The notes under the pieces: model-generated | Told to the model about the DNA's origin: nothing | The model's database searches: none | Seen by the model: only the letters and a program-made list of their open reading frames with translations | Source: Andalucia godoyi And28 | Lineage: Eukaryota; Protista; Jakobida | DNA: 64,000 nucleotides | Direction of reading: 5' to 3' | Assembly: GCA_009859145.1 (NCBI GenBank) | Contig: VRVR01000017.1 | Location: 126,607 to 190,606 of the forward strand | Part shown: in pieces, positions 41,537-50,892 of the stretch | Position numbering within the stretch: the stretch's first letter is position 1 | Layout of the letters: each line of letters starts with the position of its first letter | Position numbers and translations under genes: made by a program

Positions 41537-41923
41537 GCAACGTGTGTGGGTGTGGTAGAGTGCTGACTTGCTTGCTTGCTTGGGGTTTTTAAAATTTATT
41601 TCTCTTCAAGTTGCAACAAAAAGAAGGATTTCCTTTCAAAGAAAGCGGACTCGTTGCGTGAGGGGCGCGCATCTGGAGCCTCCCGAATTCGAAATGGAAA
41701 CGAAACCTGTAAAGCATCAAGTGATACAAACGAAACCTTATCCAACAATGACAAAAGCCTCAAGTATCACACAATGCATAATTCTCGCAAACAAAGAAAG
41801 AAAAAAAAAACCCTGCAGAAAAACAGTATCACACCGCTGCCACCTATTGCGATGTGATGAAGCAGTCTAAAGCGCAAGACAACAAAAAACACTGCCACGC
41901 GCCATGCGCATGCGTTTGCTATC

Positions 41924-42633
41924 TTGACAACTCCGTCACACGATGCCCGATTCGTTTCGCCCCATTTTGATCATGAAATCCCTATAAACACGGCGCCGCG
42001 TTTGCATTCTCGCACAGCGACGCTCATTTCTTATTTTTGTTGTCCATGCAACGCACCATGTACGTCACGCCCGCAGCGCTGCGCACGAGTTGTGACAATC
42101 TCCACCGCCGCCAGAACGATCCGCAGCATCCACGCCGGCTCCCATCGCATGCACTGCCTCGCAGACGTCGAACACGCCATCACCACCTGCTTCGTTGCCC
42201 GCGACGTGCATGACGATGCGCTCCGCAGGGCAGCTGCCGACAAACTGTCTTCGACGATCGCCAAGGTGTTTTGTTGCCCATCGTGCAAATGCACGATCGA
42301 CCGCGATTGGAACGGCGCGCGCAACATCCACATCTATCTTCGGAACGTCGCTCATGCCGAGGGGCGTGTTGGAGCCTACCCCCCTTCCCAATCATGCTAT
42401 GCATGTTGTTAGCTTGCAACATTGATTATGGGTGATCAGCGATGATCATCCGTGGTGTGGTAACACCGATAAAAGAAATAAAACTTACCTGATTTATTAT
42501 ACGAAAAAGAAAACACAAAGAAAAACAAAACACAACACGAAAGACTGTTGGAAGATCCAAACGGTGCGTGACGACGGTTGTTGCACCGTACATCACAGTG
42601 GTTAGTGTGTGCAATGCAGGCGCACACGCATGA
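41924..42633 (+). pseudogene. Degenerate Fanzor2/TnpB relic (Zn-ribbon + RuvC-III) with structured 3' region
   Basis: DKLSSTIAKVFCCPSCKCTIDRDWNGARNI (about 42239-42328) followed by YLRN...RVGAYP, homologous to the two short elements. A terminal-like motif agtgtgtgcaatgcaggcgcac at 42604-42625. The 5' limit is uncertain. Confidence 0.8.
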
Positions 42634-42771
42634 GAAAATGACGCTCTCCATCGAAACAGCGTGAAAATCGGTAGTCTGGAGCATTTCCGATGTCCTCATG
42701 AGGGATGCGAGTATTCGCACCCATGCGACCAACTCGGTTCGCGAGCAATATTCATTTTGCATGCTGTATCG

Positions 42772-42895
42772 ATTGGGGAGTTTGCTGGTTTGCGATGACC
42801 CTTTTGATGCAGAGTTGGCGCTCGCCCCAAAATGGATCTGTCTTCGGTGACAGTTTAGCCGGTGATCAATAAGGATTCATGTTTTGGCGAGCGGA
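42772..42895 (+). repeat. Dispersed degenerate repeat family C, copy 2
   Basis: Homologous to the reverse complement of 15048-15214 (e.g. the 20-nt identity gagttggcgctcgccccaaa). Confidence 0.8.
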
Positions 42896-43878
42896 TTCAA
42901 TTACCACGTACGGTGTACAAGTTACAGCAATTCCTGCGGTGCCTGGATGCTAGCGGTGATCCTGACAAGAGTCTCGAGACGATCCAAGGTGTCTGACAGA
43001 CGTCTGATCACAGTCGACAATGGAGAGGTAAGTATCCGTACGCTGGTTTGCAGAGTAACGTCTCCGCGTCAGATGCCGAGTCAGCAGCCCGGCGGGTCTT
43101 CTTTGCGAAACAAAAATTACTGTTTGATGAATCGGGCAGTCTTATGAAATCTATTGTTCAAATCAATGGTGCGCTGTCTGTTACCGCGGAATGCGTGTAG
43201 TCTCTGAAAGCCTGCTGTCATGAAGGAATCCAGACGAACACATCCCCGCCAGCTGTGCTGCTTTCTGCGTTTCAACGTTTCCTCGGATTTTCGAGACTTG
43301 CAACGCATGCAAAGCAAAAAAAATATAAAATATAAAATAAAAATAACAAACAAACCATCATGTACTGTACCAATTCCAGCTGCAGTTCTTGATGAGCAAC
43401 GGCAATTTCGGAACTAAGGATGGCGAACCATCAAAAAGACCACTCGTCAGATGCTGGCTTGAGGGTCACTTCCAATTCCGACAAAGGCTGCTGCACAAGA
43501 TGACGGAGTACGCGGACCGCGAGATCCACGCTGTTACTGAGGAGTGCATCTCCAAGACATGTTGAGCTGTCTGGCGTTCTTCATGCGTGGCTAAACGGAC
43601 GCAAAAGTGTTCCGATGTCCGCGTCATGTCGGACACGTCTGGATCGACGTCGGAACGGTGCGCGCAGCTTCTATCTGAAGAACGCTTCGGCATAGTGGGT
43701 TCTACACCCATCTGAATTGAATTGAATTCACACTCGATTCCGATGCAAGACTGAACATGGATTGGCCAGTAATGATTCGCCATGCTTGGCGAACAAGGCC
43801 GGCGAAAGACATAAACCAATCAACAAGAATCTGCAATCGCAGGGAAAACCTGCAACTATTCTGCCAAACTCTCAATCC

Positions 43879-44265
43879 TTACAATATTGTGGAAGCACCA
43901 CACTCAGCACAGACAATTCGAATTGCTGGCACCATCTCCGTATCTTCCGCAGAAGACGTCTGATCAATACTGTTCTTACCATCCGTCACGACCTCCGCTG
44001 GTGAAGGCTTGTCGACCACGGAGTCGTCCACAATCAACAAAGCTGTAGCACCGGGAATTAGAAACATGTCGCACTTTTTGCAGAAGGAGCGCTTGATCGT
44101 GCGGCTGAGACGGGTCTGCGATTTTGACGCAACTTTCTTAAGCAGCGATGCATACGATCGACACAGATCAGTGGATCCCTTGGTGCAGTGCAGCGTATGG
44201 ATTGCTTGATATAAATAATTAATGCGATGGGCGTGGTCCGAAGCCTGACCAGATCCTCTACCCAT
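43879..44265 (-). CDS. RPP21: RNase P/MRP subunit Rpp21/Rpr2
   Basis: HRINYLYQA, LCRSYASLLKKVASKSQTRLSRTIKRSFCKKCDMFLIPG, and a second zinc pair CAECG. Confidence 0.88.
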   Translation of the reverse strand: MGRGSGQASDHAHRINYLYQAIHTLHCTKGSTDLCRSYASLLKKVASKSQTRLSRTIKRSFCKKCDMFLIPGATALLIVDDSVVDKPSPAEVVTDGKNSIDQTSSAEDTEMVPAIRIVCAECGASTIL

Positions 44266-44454
44266 TTCGAGGTGCACTCAGCAGACCAAGCAACGATTTT
44301 TTTGCAGGGGGGAGGGAAGAAAACGAAATCAGGCATGCATTATTAGGCTGGCGAGGAAAGGGACCGGGAAAAAATCAAGTGACGCTGCAATGACACTCGA
44401 ATTTCCCAGGGACAGCAAATGAAGCGCTGTCATGTCAGAGGGGGAGAGAGAAAA

Positions 44455-44474
44455 AGAGAGAGAGAGAGAGAGAG
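44455..44474 (+). repeat. (AG)n microsatellite in the RPP21/AP3M divergent intergenic region
   Basis: Direct reading. Confidence 0.9.
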
Positions 44475-44673
44475 ACTTGTAGTCGGACAGGGAAATGTCC
44501 GTCTCCGTCTCGATTCGCAAACAACAATTCCTGAATCCTCTCTGTCTCCCATATGCCTTCCGATTTTCCGCACCACTTTTGGCTTTCTTGATGACTATTT
44601 CTTCTTCTTCTGTTTTTCCTTCCTTCCTCCCTCCCCTTTTTCTGGTTGGATTATAGAGTGAAGCAGCATCGAC

Positions 44674-45927
44674 ATGATTTCGTCCCTTTTTATCCTGAAT
44701 CGCGCTGGTGACGTGATTTTGGAAAAGCACTGGGCATCCGTGCAGTCAAGGACGGCTGTGGATGCCTTTTGGCTTGAGATGCAGAACCTCGGCGGTCTCA
44801 ATGCTGCACCTCCTGTGATTGAGGCTGCGAAAACGGTCTTCATGTTCATCACTAGGGATTCTCTTGTGTTCCTAGGGGCTGTGGCGAGGGAAACGTCTCC
44901 ACTCATGTCGTTGGAAATGATGCATCGTTTTGCAGACATTTTGAAGCAGGTTTATTTCCCTTCTGCACCGGGCCTGACGGAAGATTTGTTGCGCGATAAT
45001 TTCGTGACGGTTTTCTCTCTTCTGGATGAGTTTGCCGACAACGGATTCCCGCTTACCACAGAACCCGCGACTTTGAAAGAGGTCGTTCCGCCGCACACGG
45101 GTATTTTATCATCGCTCCGTTCGAGTTCAATTGTTACCGCCACCGTTCCCGATTCTTCCCTCGGCGTCGTATCTTGGCGCAAGTCAGGCATCCGCTATTC
45201 CACAAATGAAATTTTCTTCGACGTGATCGAGGAGATTGATGCAATTGTCGATATCAACGGCATCATGTTGTCCCACGAGGTTCAAGGTCGCATTGAGTGC
45301 AAATGCCATTTGTCTGGCATGCCGGACGTGCTGGTTACCTTCCTGGATCCGACTATCCTGGACGACTGCTCGTTCCATCCTTGCGTTCGCTATGCTCGCT
45401 ACGAGTCTGATCGCTCTTTGTCCTTCATCCCTCCCGATGGGTCGTTTACTCTGATGACGTACAGAATCAACAGACCGGCAAACGTGCCGTTGTATGTCAA
45501 GCCTCAGATTTCCTTCAACTCGGCTGGTGGCCGTGTTACCATCATGTCTGGTATGCGCCAATCCTCGAATGCAAATATCATCTCGGTCGAAGATATCGTT
45601 GTCACGGTTCCCATGCCCCAAAGCGTGGCTTCTGTGACTGCTCAAGTACAGGGAGGCTCTTTCAAGTTTGATCAGAGCTCACGAGTCTTAAAGTGGGACA
45701 TTGGAAAGATGAGCGGAGCAAAGACATGCTCTTTGGAAGCCACAGCAAAGCTTTCTTCTTCCCAAGTTCCCGACGGGTCTGTAACGGTTCAAGTTGCATG
45801 GAAGATCCCGCAGATTTGCATTTCCGGTCTCAAAGTAGATTCAGTTAATATTTCTGGTGAGCGGTACAAGGCGTTCAAGGGGGTTCGTGCGTACACCAAG
45901 TCCGGAAATTTCACAATCAGAACCTAA
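44674..45927 (+). CDS. AP3M: AP-3 complex mu subunit
   Basis: MISSLFILNRAGDVILEKHW, DNFVTVFSLLDEFADNGFPLTTEP--LKE, WRKSGIRYSTNEIFFDVIEEIDAIVD, SFHPCVRY, FIPPDG, SGLKV...YKAFKGVRAYTKSG. Confidence 0.95.
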   Translation: MISSLFILNRAGDVILEKHWASVQSRTAVDAFWLEMQNLGGLNAAPPVIEAAKTVFMFITRDSLVFLGAVARETSPLMSLEMMHRFADILKQVYFPSAPGLTEDLLRDNFVTVFSLLDEFADNGFPLTTEPATLKEVVPPHTGILSSLRSSSIVTATVPDSSLGVVSWRKSGIRYSTNEIFFDVIEEIDAIVDINGIMLSHEVQGRIECKCHLSGMPDVLVTFLDPTILDDCSFHPCVRYARYESDRSLSFIPPDGSFTLMTYRINRPANVPLYVKPQISFNSAGGRVTIMSGMRQSSNANIISVEDIVVTVPMPQSVASVTAQVQGGSFKFDQSSRVLKWDIGKMSGAKTCSLEATAKLSSSQVPDGSVTVQVAWKIPQICISGLKVDSVNISGERYKAFKGVRAYTKSGNFTIRT

Positions 45928-46323
45928 GCCAGTATGTTATGCGAATTCTTTTCTAGAGAGTGGGATTCACATAATGTCGAAGGTATTTGCAAAATAAAAT
46001 GTTCATTGTCTATCCTGTCCGTTTTTTCAGCAGCTTTCCTTTCGACTGCTTCTTTTTATTTGGGGGCGGTAAGGGAGGGAGGTATGCAGCGGTACTGGTA
46101 TGTGTTGAGGTTTTCTAGTGCTTCTGCCGGAGCCAGATGCGGCCCACAAGGTTTTCGGCTGCAAGCATCTGTCGAAATCTATGTTTAAAAAAAACAGTGC
46201 TACCGGAAGCATGGTTCCGTTGTCTTGACGTTGCCCATCGAATGCTGAAGGCGCCGGGCAAGAACGAAAGAGAGCGCAGTTCAGCTGCTGTAGTCGCCAG
46301 CGGTAACGACGAGATTTTTCCCG

Positions 46324-46384
46324 GCTAGGGTTAGGTCCGAGAGTGACATGTCAGCGCTTGGACCAGTGTCATCGTAACCCTAGC
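46324..46384. promoter_or_regulatory. Inverted pair of telomere-like motifs (GCTAGGGTTA/TAACCCTAGC) forming a nested hairpin upstream of RPL28
   Basis: Perfect 10-bp inverted repeat 46324-46333/46375-46384 enclosing an 8-bp inner stem and the palindrome TGACATGTCA. Function is inferred. Confidence 0.4.
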
Positions 46385-46514
46385 TGACAGCAATTCCCCA
46401 ATTTTTTGTTGTTGCTGTTCTCATTAAAAAGCCTGGTCGCGCATTTCGATTGTTTTGTCGTGATTTCCGGTGGGGCGTTTGTTTGTGTTTTTTGCGCAGC
46501 ATATTATATCGAGG

Positions 46515-46901
46515 ATGTCGTACTCTCCGGATTTGGTTTGGTCTCTGGTCAAGAACAACTCTAGCTTCTTGATCAAGCGTAAGGGTGTTCAACTGTCTTC
46601 TGACCCATTGAACCTTACCAACAAGAACACCTTCAAGGACAATGGCTTCTTGAACCGCAAGGCAATCGGAATCCAGGCCTCCAAGGATGGAATCACTGTT
46701 TCTTCAAAGTCAACTGCCTCTGGCCGTGCCTCCAAGCCCGCCGCATTGGTGAACAAGTACACCACCAAGGCCTCTACCAAGCGCGCTGCCGCCAAGTTCA
46801 TTGCAAACTTCAAGGCGTACCGTCCGGACCTGCTCCAGGCTGGTTTCCGCCGCTTCTCTGCCCTGAACAAGGCTGCCCGTGCCTCCGCCAAGAAGCAGTA
46901 A
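46515..46901 (+). CDS. RPL28: 60S ribosomal protein L28 (eL28)
   Basis: MSYSPDLVWSLVKNNSSFLIKRKGVQLSSDPLNLTNKNTFKDNG...YRPDL; strongly C-ending codon usage. Confidence 0.96.
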   Translation: MSYSPDLVWSLVKNNSSFLIKRKGVQLSSDPLNLTNKNTFKDNGFLNRKAIGIQASKDGITVSSKSTASGRASKPAALVNKYTTKASTKRAAAKFIANFKAYRPDLLQAGFRRFSALNKAARASAKKQ

Positions 46902-47143
46902 GAGATTAGATATGTAATGTTCTGCTTGCGCCAGAATTAAACCCGACCAAAAAAATAATAATAATCATGTCTTCTTTTTCGATTCGCAGTTTCTTCCTCT
47001 TCAATTTTCTCTTTATTATGCTGTTGTTCTTTTCCTTTCTCTGCTGTCTCGTGCGTTTGAGATTAACAGTCAACTGGAGATTTTGGAATCCCACGCTGTC
47101 AGACAGCAGCTATTTACATAGAAAATTTGATTTTGGGGGTGAT

Positions 47144-48448
47144 CTACAGAGAGCATATGCGGAACGCTGTTTCGTCAAGATCCACATCCATGCCCAGAGC
47201 AACAGAAAAGAGAGCAAATCGGCTGTTGTGCCCTCGCACGCACAGTGCTTGTTCGCCGTCTTGACAGGCTGCAATTTCAGACACATTTTTGTTTCGCACA
47301 AGCGATGCAAGACTTCGTATGACATCCAGCATGAACGTCTCAGAATTTAACAGCGAAGGATCACAGACACACCGCTGCTGCAAATAGCTCACCTGCATCG
47401 AATGCCGTGGGATGCCGTTACCGAAACGCAACTCCGGTCTCATCTGGACAACACGAGTGAGATACTCGATTCTCAGATCTGTACTGAGCGGATCGACGAC
47501 GACAACACCCAGTGTTGGCTCCTCAGTAACTCCGAAGGGCCGTTGAACTACATTCTCGGCGGTCAGAGGATTCATATGTTCGAAAACTGCAAAGTGGACC
47601 CATGCTTCAAAAGCCACAACAGATACCGACATGATTCTCCCGTCATGCACGATGTCTTCGACTCTTCCGTACACATCTGGGCTTTCGTCTGTCCGAACAT
47701 CGTACTGCAATGCGTGCGACAGAAGAACACAGTCCGAGAGCAGTCGCTTCGGTAACGTGCTATTATACACCACATTAGACGCCATGAGACAATGCCCAAC
47801 AAGAGAGAATTGAGAACTTTTGTTTGGGACGATGAGAGGCGGAATCATTTCTCTTGTTGCACGGGGCGCTACACACGGGAAAACGCCGGTGCAAACATCG
47901 TCGAGAGCATCTGCGAGAGACGACGCCGGCAAAGGGAGCACGTACTGGAAACGAAACGGGATCAAAAACGGAACATCCGAATGTCGGATGTGGCAAATGC
48001 GACAAATTGTCCTTGTCCATCCAACAGCGATTCGCTTATCGTTCCAGCAATAGCTCCGAGGGAATAACACGCAAAGCACCAATCGAATCTGCGATACGTC
48101 GTTTTGAACCCGAGGAATCACGTCTTCCCACACGTCATCATCAAGAAGCACTGCGCCATGATCATTTCCGAGGCCTACTCTTCTCGACTTCTCTTTGGCA
48201 TTATCGGACGAGTTCTGCAGAAGATGTGCACCGGGTGGATCAGCACCGGTCCACAGACTGAACGCAGCCAAATAGTCGCCAGCAAAGTCCAGAGTTTCGC
48301 ATCGAGAGACGCGGTATGCAGCGGTAAGGCTGCCTTTCAGCAAAGTCAAATCCCGCGGTCCTTGGTAGTGCAATAAGCATTCCGCACCCTCGGGTGCCAA
48401 GAAATCCAGCAGGAAAATGCCCACACGAGATTGGTCTGCCATATTCAA
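47144..48448 (-). CDS. Hypothetical protein (N-terminus faintly longin/CCZ1-HPS4-INTU-like)
   Basis: 434-codon open frame; the family resemblance is weak and by eye only. Confidence 0.55.
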   Translation of the reverse strand: MNMADQSRVGIFLLDFLAPEGAECLLHYQGPRDLTLLKGSLTAAYRVSRCETLDFAGDYLAAFSLWTGADPPGAHLLQNSSDNAKEKSRRVGLGNDHGAVLLDDDVWEDVIPRVQNDVSQIRLVLCVLFPRSYCWNDKRIAVGWTRTICRICHIRHSDVPFLIPFRFQYVLPLPASSLADALDDVCTGVFPCVAPRATREMIPPLIVPNKSSQFSLVGHCLMASNVVYNSTLPKRLLSDCVLLSHALQYDVRTDESPDVYGRVEDIVHDGRIMSVSVVAFEAWVHFAVFEHMNPLTAENVVQRPFGVTEEPTLGVVVVDPLSTDLRIEYLTRVVQMRPELRFGNGIPRHSMQVSYLQQRCVCDPSLLNSETFMLDVIRSLASLVRNKNVSEIAACQDGEQALCVRGHNSRFALFSVALGMDVDLDETAFRICSL

Positions 48449-48987
48449 CCACCTTCCGCCCCGCCCCGCCAGGCTTCTCTAATCCGCTGGCTGCCAACAA
48501 AGCGACTCGCTTTCAACACAGGCTGACCACCACAAAAGTGTCCTTTCGTATCCGAACTCCGAGCTCCGAGTGCTCAGTGTGCTCTCTCAAGAAAAGGTTT
48601 CCCTGCACATTTCGGGATTCATGGCTGCTTTCCCCCCCCCCCCCTCTCCCCTTTTTTGGCAAGGAGCTTTTGCAAAAAAAAATAATAAAATAAAATAAAA
48701 TAGACTGGTTACGGCATCAAGCCAGAGTTGGAGTGATGCTTGAACAATCGTTTTCCTTTTGTGCCTTTCGACCGCTTGAGCGATATCGCAGAACGCGTTT
48801 ATAATCAACACAGCTTCGTTCTGCGTTCTGCGTATATTTCCCATTATCATTCTTATTATTCTTATTATTATTCTTATCAGTATCACAGTTGTTTTACTTT
48901 ACTTTTCATTCATGCTTTTTCCTTCTAGCGCCTAATCTTTTTTTCTTCTTCTTGTTTCTTTTTTTATTTTAAATTGTGGCTAAAGCA

Positions 48988-50866
48988 ATGTTTTCCAGAT
49001 TCTTTCGACGTTTAACATGTACAGACACAAGTGCCTTTATGTACCGAAGAGCGCCTTCGCTGCGGAGAGTGTCTCGAAATAACAGTCCAAACAACGTATC
49101 TTCATCCGCGAACGCGGCGTCCAATTTCGGCGGTGTAGGCGGAGACCAAACTCGAAAAGCCGGGGTAGTCGAAGCGAAGTATGACCCTACGACAAAGGGA
49201 TTCGAGATTCTGGACCCTGATCCGATCAATCAGACGGTCATCCGTCCATCGGTCAACATTCCTGTACCAAGGCTCGAGCACGGTCTCGAAATCGTGCTTC
49301 AACAGTCGGGTGTATTCCCTCTGCAGTTGGACGACGCAAGATACCAGTTCCCGCCTTATTTGAAGCATATCGTGCAGCCAGACAAGATTGACTTCAATGC
49401 AGTTCCGCCGTTTGTGACATCTTCCCGCGATCCAGCGCTGCATTCGTTGGCGGTGGCGAACAACAGTAGATACAAAGGATCCACTTCGTCTGTGACGTCC
49501 ATTCTTGCGCAGCTGTACTTTCTGCTCACGAATTTCAAGACGACGCACACCGATTGTCTCTCCCCGGAATTCTCGAATATGACGTGTGCATTTACGAGGG
49601 CGACGACGAAGCCAGTTTGTGTTTTTCTGAGGCCGTTTGAGGGGATCTATGCGATTGATTCCGGGCCGTCAGCAATTCCGCCGAAGAATCAGATTTTGCT
49701 CGAACTTGGTAAATCTATGGAAAAGATGTTGACGCTCACCGAAGTGGAGTTTAAGGACCGCATGCTGCTGCGGCAGGGTCAGGACTCGTACGTCCCGGGT
49801 GCCGAGGCATACAACTTCATGAAAGTCGGGTCGTTGATGCTGCGCTCGCAAATCGATTGCCAAGATGGCAAGAACAACTCGTTTGATCTGAAGACGCGGG
49901 CGTTATCGGCCATCCGTTACGATGTCCAGAATTATATGGTGCATCGCGGCACGAAAATCCGTAGAATCCGAGGGAGGACGCTTTCCTTCGAACGCGAATT
50001 TTATGACATGATACGATCTGTTTTTCTCAAATATTCGTTTCAGGTCCGGATTGGAAGGATGCATGGCGTGTTCATTACGTATCACAACACGGATGAGGTT
50101 TTCGGCTTCGAATACGTGACTCTTCCAGAAATTGACAGCTGTGTATTTGGGAGCCACGATTTTGGAAATCGGTGCTTCGATGTCTGCATGAAGTTAATGT
50201 CGGTTTTGCTGGATCACGTCGTTGCAGATCTTGGCAAGGACCATCGTTCCATAAGAGTATGTTCGGTTTTTTTCTCTTACTTTTTTTTGGGGAGGGGCTC
50301 TCTGGTGACAGCTTCGTGATGTTTTATTCATGCATTTAATATGTGATTATCTCTGGATTCTAATGTTCCCTTTTTCCAATGCACTTCCAGATTGTTATGG
50401 GAAATGATCGTGCAAGAAAAGAACTTGTGGTGTTTGCTGAGAAGATGGAGCGCGATTATGGTTGGGTTGAGGACAAGAGCAGTATGCCTTTTCATTCCAT
50501 TTTCATCTTCATCTTTATGGTTATCTTATCTTCATTTTCATTTCATTCTTGGTACTTGTTCCTTGTTTTTGCTCACATTTTAATTCCTTGACTTTTTTCT
50601 TCTTCCCCCTTTCAGACATTACGAATGCGGACCTGGTGGAGATAACGGGAGAAGTGACTCAATATTCTCTCCGCGTCGATTCGGAGGTCAATGGCACGTT
50701 CTTGAACAAGTATACTTCCATGAACGTTCTGGATGCCAAAGATGACATGAATGTTTTCTACAGAATCCACAAAGAAGATCACTCGGAATTGAATCCAAAG
50801 CTCCGAGCGCAGTATCTGACCTGGCTGAGAAGGTCAATATTCTTTGATGATGATGTTGATTTTTAG
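48988..50866 (+). CDS. PET127: Pet127 mitochondrial 5'-3' exoribonuclease homolog; exons 48988-50256, 50391-50481, 50616-50866
   Basis: VPRLEHGL, YKGSTSSVT, LLELGKSMEKMLT, EAYNFMKVGSLMLRSQIDC...FDLKTRA, SFEREFYDMIRSVFLKYSFQVRIGRMHGVFITYHN...FGFEY. Arg-rich presequence; two GTATGY-AG introns join in frame. Confidence 0.92.
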
Positions 50867-50892
50867 ACTGTATTGTAAACGAATACTCAAGT

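Noticed and set aside
43466-43819. 117-aa minus-strand ORF downstream of RPP21 as a second exon or separate gene
   Set aside because: No GTATGY donor at the RPP21 end and no recognisable domain; left unannotated.
46380-46395. H/ACA snoRNA reading of the hairpin followed by ACA
   Set aside because: The ACA lies about 22 nt from the upper stem rather than 14-16, and there is no two-sided pocket or H box.
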